DNA of 64,000 bases, from contig NW_005201792.1 of NCBI RefSeq assembly GCF_000372725.1, positions 747,440 through 811,439 of the forward strand. The letters run 5' to 3'. Source of the DNA: Emiliania huxleyi CCMP1516. Lineage: Eukaryota. The position numbers were made by a program, and so were the translations under genes. This document shows, piece after piece, positions 47,301 through 58,339 of the stretch. A model generated the notes under the pieces. It was not told the DNA's origin. It was given only the letters and a program-made list of their open reading frames with translations, and made no database searches. Position 1 is the first letter of the stretch. Each line of letters starts with the position of its first letter.

Positions 47301-49802
47301 GTTTCTGTCGTGCTCGAGTCGATGATCCGGATGCGCATGCCGAGCGGCGAGTGGGAGCCGTTCGCCTTCCGGCTGCTCTCGAACCGCAACATCGAGTTCG
47401 AGAAGCTGTCACCGCCCGTCTACGCGGGCGAGATCCACGCGCGGCTGGCGCAGTCGCTGAAACTGGTCGAGGAGCGCGGCGGTGACAAGGTGCTCGAGAT
47501 CGTGACGGGACACAAGCACTTCCAGATCAAGTGCGAGACGATGCTCGAGCTCGAGACGTGGCAGCTGCGGCTGCAGGAGGTCATCATGCTGCAGGAGAAG
47601 GTCGCCAACGTGGCGCACGGCTGGCTGCTCAAGGAGGAGCCGGCGCAGAGCGGCAGCGGCACGCAGTTCAAGCACTACTGGTTCGTGCTCTTTTCCAACG
47701 GGATCCTCATGTACTTCGCCGACATGCAGCGCGCCGTGCTCGGCCAGGCGCGGCGGCTGTCCCTGCCGGCCCGAGGAGGCGAGGGGGGCGAGTCAGCGAC
47801 ACGCGTGATGCGTCCGCACATAGGCGCTCGGCTTCATCCCGGTCGAGAACTGCGTGGAGGAGACGCGCAACGCGTCGATGCACACGATCAGCATCAAGTG
47901 CTCCTTCAAGACGTGGCTGCTCGCTACCAAGAGCAAGGAGAGCATGCTGCAGTGGGCCGCCTCGCTCAAGGTTGCGGCGCCCAGCGACGCGAGCGCCAAG
48001 CCCGCCATCGACGCGGTGCTCGCGCAGGGCTGGTGCGACCTGCCGCGCGACACGCCCGAGGGCGAGGTGTGGGCGCGCCACTGGTTTGTCCTCAAGTCGT
48101 CTGCGCTGCAAATCTACCCCGAGGAGCAGAAGAAGGCGAGCGCGGCCGCAGCCCCCGCGGCGCGCAGCCGCGGCGCGCGCCCTCCAACCGACCCCTTCGC
48201 CCCCTTCCCCCCTCGCTCGACAGGCGGCCGCCAAGGGTCCGCTCGGCGAGCCGTCCGCGTCGCTGCAGTCCACTGCGATGAAGACGGCCACGCGCGCGCA
48301 GGGCGCCGACTTTTACAAGTGGGGCATCGTCGTCGAGACGACGGACGGCACGCTGCTCCGCATGCGCGCGACGGGGCAGAGCGAGATGCGCCATCTCCTC
48401 TCCACGCTCAACGTCAACTGCATCCCGACGGAGGTTGCCGCGCCGGGCGCGCTCCAGCGAGGCAGCGGCTCTCCCGCCCACCACCCTCGCGGCTGACCGC
48501 GGGCGGGGTGGGGTTGGCCTGTAGGCACCCGCGAGGCAGTGGCGACCCTGACCGAGCAGCTCAAGGCGGGCTACCTGTACAAGCGCGCCGAGACGCGCAA
48601 GGCGAAGCCGTGGGGGCAGCGCTGGTTCGTCCTCGAGGTGATGACGGACGCCGGCCCGGAGGAGGGCACCGTCGTGCGCACAGGGCAGCCCCGCCTCCCA
48701 CTCTCTCGCGCGATCGCGTCCGCCTCCCCACCGCGCCCGCCCCCCTCCGCGCGCGTAGGCAGCTCACCTACTTCAACAACTCGAAGGACGCGGCCATCAA
48801 GAAGAGCCCCACCGTCATCCATCTCAAGGATGCGACCAAAGTCCAGACCGCTCTCGGCAAGACGCACAAGACCGAGCACCGCGTGCTGCTCTCCACGCCC
48901 GACCGCGAGTCGGGCCTTATGGAGCTCGGGTGCGTGCGAACGCCTGGCGCGCGCCGCCTGCCACGCCGCCCCGCTGAGGCTGCGGGCCCACTCTCTAGGC
49001 ATGGCGACAAGGAGGTGGCCGACGATTGGGCAAAGCTGCTGCAGTTCTGGATCGGGCCACCGAAGGTGCGCCCCTCGAGCCCCCCCCCCCCCCCCGCCCG
49101 CCCGCGACGGGTCGCGTCCGCCTCATCGCGCCGCCCTCGACCCGCTGCTCCGCCCGATGCGCCTTCAGGTGGCGCAGGGCAGCATCGGTGGCGAGGCGAA
49201 GGTGGTTCGCTCGGCGTGGATGGAGGTCAAGTGGGAGGCGCACCGCGCCGCCGAGCTGACCGACGACGACCTCGCGCGCTCGGAGACTATCTCCAAGAGC
49301 TCGCCCTCCTTTGCGCGCTCCTTCTTCCGCAAGAAGAAGGAGGAGGCCGAGCCGGCCACCAAGCCGTCGCGAGCCTCGGTCGAGGCCTCCCCGCCGCCGC
49401 TCGGGGCGGACGGGACGGAGGGCGCCGAGGACGCGGGCGCCGACGAGGAGCAGACCTTTGCGTGGGCGTATGTTGCGCTCCTCTCGGAGCCCGGCTCCGG
49501 TGGCGGGCTCACGCTGCGGCAGTATACGGACGAGGTGGCGCTGCCTCCGCTTGCCGGCCCGCGCCTCTGCAGGAGGGTGAGAGCGTCGCCGCGGTTGCCC
49601 TCTCTAGGCGATGACGACCGAGGTGGGGCGGCTCCAGCTCGGCTACCGCGTGCAGGCCGCGGTGCTCGACGATCCGATCGAGGACTACGAGACCGCGTTC
49701 CGAGTCGTGCCGGACGGCAAGGCTTCCGACACGTGGCTGCTGTGTCCGGGCTCGGACGCGGCGAGTGCCGACTGGATTGCGACAATCATGCCCTCAGCGT
49801 AG
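42975..49802 (+). CDS. Unconventional myosin: motor domain, charged helical neck, PDZ domain and about five PH-like domains; more than 10 introns
   Basis: Motor motifs: [77 protein letters not shown]...[18 protein letters not shown]-like: [15 protein letters not shown] and [15 protein letters not shown], among others. Confidence 0.93.
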
Positions 49803-50091
49803 AGCGCGGCGTGGCGCGGCTGGGTCCGCGGTGCGCGCGGCGCTGCCAACACAGAACTGTCAAATATGCGCAGCCGCTAACGGTGTGCGTGAATTATCGA
49901 TCACCGCATCGATGAGTGGAGTGCGCGTGCCATCCTGCATCCTCAGTCTACTCTCTCTTTCTCCCAGCGCTCTCTCTTTCTTTTCCATTGAAAAATTGAT
50001 TTGTGACATGTGTGGTGTGTGGCGCGCGGAGAGCGGCCCAGAGAGGGACCCGCAGAAGAGCGGCCCAGAGAGGGACCCGCAGAAAAGACAA

Positions 50092-50380
50092 CGTGTGAGC
50101 GTACCAATCGCCACTCGTGAGACGACGTGTGAGCGTACCTAATCGCCACGTCGTGAGACAACGTGTGAGCGCACCTAATCGCCACTCGTGAGGTGACACG
50201 ACGTGAGCGGACCTAATCGCCGCAACGAGACACGCCGGAGCGGACCGAATCGGTTTCGCCACACGCGACGAGACGCGACGTGAGCGTACCTAATCGCCAC
50301 GCTGTGAGAGACGATGTGAGCGTACCTAATCGCCACTCGTGAGACAACGTGAGCGTACCTAATCGCCACGTCGTGAGACT
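50092..50380. repeat. Minisatellite of about eight units, 33-43 bp each
   Basis: Core GTGAGCGTACCTAATCGCCAC followed by related TCGTGAGAC(A/G)A linkers. Confidence 0.9.
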
Positions 50381-51126
50381 CGCCACGCGACAATCACATG
50401 AGCCCGTGACATATGGCACGAGCCATGACACACTGCAGAGCAGCTGGCCTTGCATCCCAGCAAAGGTGGGGCGAACCCCACCGAGCCCGGGGCAGCCAGG
50501 TACGGCCGCCACCCTCCTACCGGGCAACGACCCCAACTTCGTCGATGGGCCGTTTGAGACTCACTGGGATCGACTTCCCCGGCAATCGGCGCGATGGGCC
50601 TTATTTGGGCGCCGACGCTCGGGGTCGTCTGGCAACGGCACCGGGACCTCGAGACGCAGCTCTCGGGGCCAGCCAACCCAGGAGTCGATTTTAGCACCAA
50701 TCTCAATGACAATCTATATCAGCATGAACAACGGGGACTCGGACGCGATGGATAATCGGAGATAGCCGCGCAGCGGCTACGTAGGTTATCCAACAACGCG
50801 AGGAGAGGAACCGACATAGAATAACTCCCACCGTAAGGTGTGGAACGTGACGCGATGGCCGGATCGTTACGTCCGTCCGTGCGCGGAACTCGTGTGTCGG
50901 ACCCTCGCGCCCCAGGCGCCCGAGTCCCGTTCTCGTCTGCCGGCGGACATGTGGCGCTGCAGCGGCACCGCGGGCTCGAAAGAGCCCCGCCAGTGTCCCA
51001 CTGGCGTACGATAGCATCACACAAGATAGCAGACAGGGGGATTCACAGATCAGCCTGAACGCCCGGTTCTCCTGGGAGGCAATCCTCATGGGGAGCAATC
51101 CCATGGGGAGCAATCCCATAGTCGCA

Positions 51127-52303
51127 ATGTCGTACTTCGCATCGCCTGTGCACACGCCACCGCCGAACTGGCGCGGACAGGCAGAGCATCCGGACCGTGT
51201 GACCACCGCGATGAGCGCGCTGCAAGCAGCTGGCATCACCACACGCTGCGATTTGCTGCAGTGCGGCCGGGAGGCGAGCGACGAGGAGCTGCAGCGCGTG
51301 CACTTGCGCAAGCACCTCGACCAGGTGGCTCGTAATGCGGCGGCGCAAAGCAAGAGCAAGATCCAAGAACTCCTTCTTCACAGAAGGCACCGAGTCGGCC
51401 GCTCGCGTCGCCGCCGCCGCTGTCATCGACGCCACGAAGCACGTGCTCGGCGATCACGGCCCTCGCCGATCGTTTGTCCTGGCGCGGCCGCCGGGCCACC
51501 ACGCGAGCCGCACTGGCGTGCCAGACGAGGGCGGCGAGGGTGATTTTGCAGAGGGCGGCTGCTACTACAACTCAGTCGCGGTCGCGGCGGCAGCGGCGCA
51601 GCAGGATGGCGTCGATCGCATCGCCATCGTTGATTTCGACGTGCACCACGGCAACGGCACGCAGGAGATTTTCGAGTCCGACCCCTCCGTCCTGGTGATC
51701 TCGCTGCACGCCGACCTTCGCTACCCGGGCACGGGCGCCATCGAGGAGGTCGGCGAGGGCGCGGGCGCAGGCTTCAACGTCAACATAATGTGGGAGGGCT
51801 CCGCGGATTGGCCGCCGCACTACGCGGACTACGCCGTCGCCGTCAAGCTCGTGGTACTGCCTATTCTCCAGGCGTTTCGACCAGGGCTGCTGCTCATCTC
51901 GGCCGGCTTCGACGCGGCCGAGGGCGAGGGCTTCCATGCGAAGCTGGCGCCGGAGAGCTTCGGCGCGATGACCGAGTCAATGCTCACGGCGCTGCCGGAC
52001 GTGCCCACCGTAGCGGCGCTGGAGGGTGGCTATGTGCCGCCCATGGTCGCCAGGTGTTGCGTGGCCGTCATGGGCGCGCTGCTCGGCGACAAGGTGGACG
52101 AGCCCGAGGAGACCAAGATCTCCAAGCTCAGCGAGAGCAAAGGCTGCAAGGCGACTTTGCTGAAGGTGGCCGAGGCGCACGAGGCGCATTGGGGCGAGAG
52201 CGCCAACCTGACGGTCGCCAAGGTCAAGGCCTTCTTCGAAGGGCAGAGAGAGCGGCAGAAGGGCCTGCCGAATGTCCGCGGTTCGAAGCGGGGGCGTGCC
52301 TAG
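51127..52303 (+). CDS. Zn-dependent histone deacetylase family protein (class II-like); apparent frameshift near 51360
   Basis: The first frame gives EHPDRV...REASDEELQRVH. The second frame gives RPPGHHA, GCYYNSVAVAA, IVDFDVHHGNGTQEIF, YPGTG, GFNVNI, ISAGFDA and LEGGY. Confidence 0.85.
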
Positions 52304-52328
52304 CGTCGCTCCGCGCGTCGGCGCGGGA

Positions 52329-52575
<247 letters not shown>

Positions 52576-53588
52576 GCGCTGCTCGGCTTAATCGAAGGCG
52601 TTCCGTACTGTCTCGCGCCTTGTCTCGTGTGCTGTGTAGTTATGACTTGTGACGTGTCGGGTGTCGCCTCCGGCCGGCCGGCCGTGGTTTGTGGCGGTTC
52701 ACCCCAGCGATATGGCAGCTTTCGTCGGGAACACTTGACGGTCGCAGCCTTCCGACTCGCGCCAGTTCCCAGACCCAGTACAGGCGGGCAATCGTGCCGC
52801 GCACACGCTCACTAAGCTCGCGAGAGCTCTCGGCCGTCTCCCCGGGACGTCCCCGCGGGCGCGGCGGCCGGCGCCCGCGGGCGGGCCCCATTTCTCCCCG
52901 TATTTGCATCCGCGCACGCAGCATCCCCGCAGGCTTGTTGCCGCCACCCCCTCGCAAGGCGCACACACACAGGATTTTAAGGAGCGAGAGTGTGGTGGCG
53001 AGAGAGAGTTTGCGACTTGAATTCTTTCTTCGCGTCCCAGCTTGCCCCACACGACAGTCGATGTACGATGAAGCAGGTATTCTCAAGAAGAGATGGGCGA
53101 CGCCGAACATAGCGGCACAGCGCGCACCCAGCGCGCACCCCGCTTATGTTTTTTCACCCCCGCCTGGGTTCCGGCTCCTAGCCAGATAGGGGGTCTGTTG
53201 ACACTGACTCGACACCTCGCTGGCCTCTCCGCAAGGCCCCCCGACCGCGTCGAACTCATCGGCGCGGGCTCTCTCGGCTACGGGACCGGCCCCAGCTTCG
53301 GCTGAGGGCTGACAAGCTGCCGAGCCCAAATCACTGTGACGGTCGTGATTTCTTGTTGGTTTTCTAAAATCTCTCTCTGACTCGTGCCAAAACGCCCTAC
53401 CTACCTACTCGAGTAGCTATCCCCAGGCCGCGCAGCGAAGCGAAAAAATGAAAAGAAAACGGGGCGCCTACCTATTCAGGAAATTCTCAAACAAGGCCAA
53501 CCTACCTACCTATGTGGGAGGCAGCGATCCCCTATCTGGCTAGGAGCCGGAACCAGCCCGGTATGTCGGCAGTGCCACCCGAACATCG

Positions 53589-55616
53589 ATGAAGCGCGCT
53601 CGCCAGGACGACTCCGTGGCCCGCATCGGCCAGGCGCTGCTGGACTCGCGCCAGCAGCGACGACGAGGTGCCAAGAGTGCAGCTGGTGCCGTCAGCGGAG
53701 AAGCACGAGCTTCCTCCGGCGACAGGTCGGCGGTGCGCAACCAGGATGCATCGCAGATCCTGCGGCACGGCTTTGTTGAGACGCCATCCACCCTCCTCGA
53801 GCCATCGCTGCGAGCGGCACTCCTAGCGCGCGCGCAGGCGGGCGGCGGCCACGACATCAGCAACGCAAAGGAGCTGCGCATCGGAGGCTCGCTGCTGCAG
53901 TGCGTTCGCGACGCCGTGTGCTCGTCTCCCACCGTGCGGCAGGCGGCGCGTGAGGTCTTCAGCACGCCGTACGTCTCGATTCCGTACGTCTCCGTGCTCT
54001 CGACACACCCTGGGCAGCAGCCGCAGCTCCCGCACGCCGACGACACGTGCAACCGCGAGCTCATTGGCCTCATCCACCTGCGGCCGGGGCAGGCGCCGAC
54101 CCGCTGCGCTCCCTACGACAGCAGCAGGACGTGGCCCACGGGATGGACGGCCAAGTGCACCGCGTGTGACGCCGCCGTCCCGCTCACCGACAAGATGTAC
54201 CGCGAGCGCCGTCACCTCCGCATCGGCTTCCGGTGCGACTCTTGTGGCGGCGGCGGCGGCGGCGGCGGCGCGAGGGGCGCAGGAGGCATCCCGCCTCGCC
54301 ACGCCTCGCGCCGGCGCGAGAGCCGCCCCGCCGAGTTCGGGGACGCGCTCCGCGCCGCGTTTGGCGAGCTGCTCGAGGAGGGCGCGCCGCAGCTGTGCCG
54401 GCACTCGCTCGGCGCGCCGCCCCCCGCGAGCCTGCCCTCGACATGGAGAGAGAGAGAGAGAAGAGCCTAGGGCAGCCAAGATCGGCCGAGGGTAGGCAAG
54501 CCGCACCCCGACGCGGGCGACGGCAACCTGGCGCTGTCGACGCTGCTCCACCGCGGGCCTGGCACGCTCGGCCGGGACGAGACAAGGCACGTGCTCTTCT
54601 ACTCGCTGCGGCCCGAGTACGCGGACATGGACCCTGCGGCGGAGGAGGCGGCGGGGAGGGAGGCGGAGTACCACCCCGACGAGCAGGCGAGACCCTCCCA
54701 GATGCAGCCGGGACGCAGCCGCGAGGCGGAGGTCGATGCCGCACCCACGGCTTGCCCACGGCCTGCCCACGGACCGTGCAGGTGACGGCAGCCTACCTGC
54801 TCGCAAACCGGCCGGGGGACGCGGACCTCGCCCGTCGGCTCACCGCCATGTACGCGGAGGACGGGTACGACCTCTCCCTCCACGCCACGTCGCGCGGAGA
54901 GCAGCCAAAGCAGCGGGCAGGGGCGGCGGGCGATGTCTACGACGTGCAGGACCGCTCCAGAGAGAAGAGAGCGGCTCTGGCTGTGCCCCCTCTGCCCAGA
55001 TGAGGCCACGACTCGCCCGCTCCCTCAGGATGTCCTCGGCAAGCGGCGCAACGGCGGCGTCACCGAGTACCTGATCCGCTGGAAGGCGCGCGGATTCGGC
55101 CCTCGCCCTCGCCCCCCTAGCCTGCCCCACCTGCGCCTCCCTCGCGTCGGTAGGGCTACCCGCCGTCGCACAACAGCTGGGAGCCGGCGGCGAACGTGCC
55201 CGAGCGCGTGCTCTCCTACTTCCGGGCCGTGCGCAGTGACTCGGACGGCGACGAAGGGACGGGAGAGGAGGACGAAGAGGTGGGCAAAGCCGCGCTCCCC
55301 TGCAAAGCCCCTCTGCGGGCTGCAGCATCCTGGCCACCGCGTCCCAGCTGCAGGCCCGCCTCTCCGCGCCGCAGGCTGCCTCGCCGTCGGCCAAGCGGCG
55401 CAAGCGGCAGGCAGCGCCTGCGCCAGCCCGGAAGCGCGCCGCCACCCTGCACGCGCAGCCCCCCTCAAAGTGCAATCTGGCGACGAGGGAAGCCCCATCA
55501 AGCGCCAGCCGGAGCCTGCGGCAGCGCACGCACCAGGGGCCTTACCTCGACGACCACCCCGGCATTCTCGCGGCGCTCGCGCACGCCGAGGCCGAGCGCA
55601 AGGGGCGCCTTCCTGA
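53589..55616 (+). CDS. 2OG/Fe(II)-dioxygenase-like (PhyH-type) domain with an inserted Cys4 zinc-finger-like segment and a chromodomain; multi-exon, 3' end uncertain
   Basis: ILRHGFV, SVLSTHPGQQPQLPHADD (HxD), WTAKCTAC...FRCDSC, GDGNLALSTLLHRGPG...RHVLFYS. Spliced chromodomain: VYDVQ|DVLGKRRNGGVTEYLIRWK|GYPPSHNSWEPAANV. Confidence 0.72.
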
Positions 55617-55893
55617 GCCCTCGGATGGCGGGCTGGATCTTTCGGCTTCGCGCGTCTGCGGCGACACTCCGCAAACCGGGCGCAGCGCCCGAACTGCCGG
55701 CCAGGCCGCCGCTGCCCGGGCCGCAAGCATGGCTGCCGCGGAAGCCAGCGGCACCTTCCGCGCTGCTTGAAAGCTTTCCATTTCTGCTCTCGTTATATCT
55801 CACGCGGAATACGGGGTGGAAACGATGGGAAACAGACGTGTGGTGACTGGGTGTGTGGAGAGAGGCTTGTGCCTGTTTCATATCATGCCTGTT

Positions 55894-56850
55894 TCATGCT
55901 GCCGGTGCTGATTCCTCCTCCGGGACTTCCGTGGCTGCTGGTGCGGGACTCGGGGATGGCTTCACATCTTTGATTGGGCTTGGAGGCGCTGACCTAGTTG
56001 GGCTTGACGCCGCCCCAATGTCGAGTGACACCCCGTTCGCATTCTTTGCGTTTACCTTGAACATGCCGAGCTCGAGTTTCGTGACGCCAGAGTAAGCTAA
56101 GCAGTCCTTGGGGACAATGGCGACGCACACCACCTCTGACAGGTCGATCGGCTCATCTAGCTTGACGCGCGTTACCTTGATATTTTCGTCGGTGATATAG
56201 AGAGCGACCGGCTTTGCGTCCTTGTTGGCCAGGTGGGTGAAGTCTCCCGTCCATCCTTGCGCTAGCTTGACAAATTGGCTCCATCCCTCGTAGTACTTCC
56301 TTGGGTTCGGCCCACCCACTCCCTTTATGATGTCCGACCGGCCGCAATTGCTATTGAGCTTGAATTCAGGCACCGCGTCCTCCGTCTCGAAGAATGCGAG
56401 AGCACCCTCGACGGGCGCATCACGTGTGTAGTGCAGCTGAAGCGTTCCCTGGGCAGAGTCGTCGTAAACGAGGGAGCCGCAGATGGTCGGCTTTTTTGGA
56501 ACGCTCAGCCGAGACACTCGCTTTGGCACACTGCTCGACCCTCCGCCGAGGCATGGACAGCACTTGCTCAGGAAGGAGCCGTTAGGCTGGCTGGAAGTGC
56601 CCGCTGGCGTAGCGACAGCAGGAGGCGCAGCCGGCGGTTGGGCTGCAGCTGCCGAATCCATCTGATCTGCGGCAGGGGCTGGGGCTGGCGCTGGCGCTGG
56701 CGCCTCCACTTCAACGTCTTTCATCTTCACCGGGTGGTCCGCGTTCTTGAAACCGCACTTGCATTGACCAAAACTCTCGGAGGTGAGATCGATGCGGAAA
56801 CTATCACAATAGATCTCTGGGTCCCCACAGGCGTTTAGCGGGTCCGGCAT
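55894..56850 (-). CDS. Hypothetical protein (about 318 aa, intronless) with an N-terminal Cys/His motif
   Basis: Long open frame from MPDPLNACG..., with the motif CDSFRIDLTSESFGQCKCGFKNADH, an Ala/Pro linker, a CCPC motif and a globular-looking core. Confidence 0.7.
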   Translation of the reverse strand: MPDPLNACGDPEIYCDSFRIDLTSESFGQCKCGFKNADHPVKMKDVEVEAPAPAPAPAPAADQMDSAAAAQPPAAPPAVATPAGTSSQPNGSFLSKCCPCLGGGSSSVPKRVSRLSVPKKPTICGSLVYDDSAQGTLQLHYTRDAPVEGALAFFETEDAVPEFKLNSNCGRSDIIKGVGGPNPRKYYEGWSQFVKLAQGWTGDFTHLANKDAKPVALYITDENIKVTRVKLDEPIDLSEVVCVAIVPKDCLAYSGVTKLELGMFKVNAKNANGVSLDIGAASSPTRSAPPSPIKDVKPSPSPAPAATEVPEEESAPAA

Positions 56851-57230
56851 TGTGCGCACGCGTCGTAGGATGATCGGACGGAATGATGATCGCGGGATCA
56901 ACGACCCCGGTGTGATTGTGAACTGTGAGGCTAGCTGAGGGTGACTGTTGTACTGCGCCCTCACTGTCGTGCGATCTGAGTTTCTTGTTCTTATCAACCA
57001 TTCTGTGAAGAAGTGTGTTGCCTGGCTACCCTGGGGCGAGATTCAATTCAACAAATCCTTCCGATTTTGACCGCGCAAGATATAGAAGGGTGGCTAAGGG
57101 CTCTGTCTGCCCGCAAGGCGCATGGAGTGTCATCCTAAGACCTACACGGGGTTGTGTATCACTGTTTTTGTGTGAAGGCTGAAGCACTGTTACGCGCATA
57201 ACGACCGCTCCCCCGCCCCACGAAGCACGA

Positions 57231-57853
57231 TCATCTGTCACCGTTCAGTTCGAACTTCATGGGTTCTTGGTTCAGCGCCGAGGGGAATGCGATCGCTGCG
57301 TCGTGCTTGGCCGTTCCGGCGATCCCTCTCTTCAGAGAAGGCGACCGCAGCTTTGCGATGGGCCTCGCGCTGAGCGAGCCGCTGAAGCCGCCGCCGCTAA
57401 ATCCGCTGGAGCCGATCCGAACCGCGATTCTTTGGCCTGGACGCGCGCCCGGAGGAACAGTCACCTGCACCAAATGCTTAGCAGCCATCACTGACTCCGG
57501 TACGTGGTGGTGGCTATTCGGGAAACAGAGGGGTGTGCGGGGGTGGGAGCATTAGCAACCTGCACGAAGCTTCGCCCGTCAGGAGCTGAGACAACCACCT
57601 TCTCTCCCGGACCATAGCCCTCCGGTATTGTCACCACCATCTGATGCATCGCTTGCGACCTGCGGCCGACGTTCTTATCGAGCTCCCCACGCAGCCCTGT
57701 TCCCTCCTCTGCGTCGCGCCTCTCTGTGCCGCTCAAGTTGAGCCACGCGCGCAGCTCGTGGTGCGAGTGGTTGGCGCGTCTCACGTGGTGCGAGCTATTG
57801 CCGCGTTGCTTTGCGTGGTGCCCTGCGGTGCCGTTGACACGCCTCAAGCGCAC
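57231..57853 (-). CDS. Hypothetical multi-exon protein with repeated V(T/V)(I/V)P.G..PG motifs; boundaries uncertain
   Basis: MVVTIPEGYGPGEKVVVSAPDGRSFVQ and VQVTVPPGARPGQRIAVRI lie in adjacent ORFs separated by an intron-sized gap. Confidence 0.45.
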
Positions 57854-58255
57854 GTGATCACGTGTTCGCTGAAGCTCCTATGGGCAACAAAGATGCTATT
57901 TGTAGCCCTGGTACCGACGGGGCGCAGGCAACGGCCGCGCCTCCAGCAGCTGCCGATGCACCTCAAACTGGTGCGTGGGCGTCTGATCTTTGACGGCCGC
58001 GCTTGCCGCAGCGGCACAGCTCAAGGCCCACACGACGCTGAGAGCGACGAGGCCTGAGCATGTCCATACCCTGGAACCGTGCCATATGCGGCCAGCCGTG
58101 CGGGCTGGGGTCGAATCTTCGCACATGGCCACAACGCGACCTGGACCTCAACACCTCGGCTCAACCTAGACTATGTTTGAAGGACGCACGATGCGGCGGG
58201 CTGTTGTTGCACTGTTCAAAGATAGTAATAGAAATTTAGTAATAGAACTTTACAA

Positions 58256-58265
58256 CGAGAGAGAG

Positions 58266-58336
<71 letters not shown>
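58256..58336. repeat. (GA)n microsatellite
   Basis: Directly visible. Confidence 0.97.

Positions 58337-58339
<3 letters not shown>

Noticed and set aside
50092..50380. CRISPR-like appearance of the GTGAGCGTACCTAATCGCCAC array
   Set aside because: The linkers are short and related to each other rather than unique spacers, there are no cas genes, and the context is eukaryotic. It is a minisatellite.
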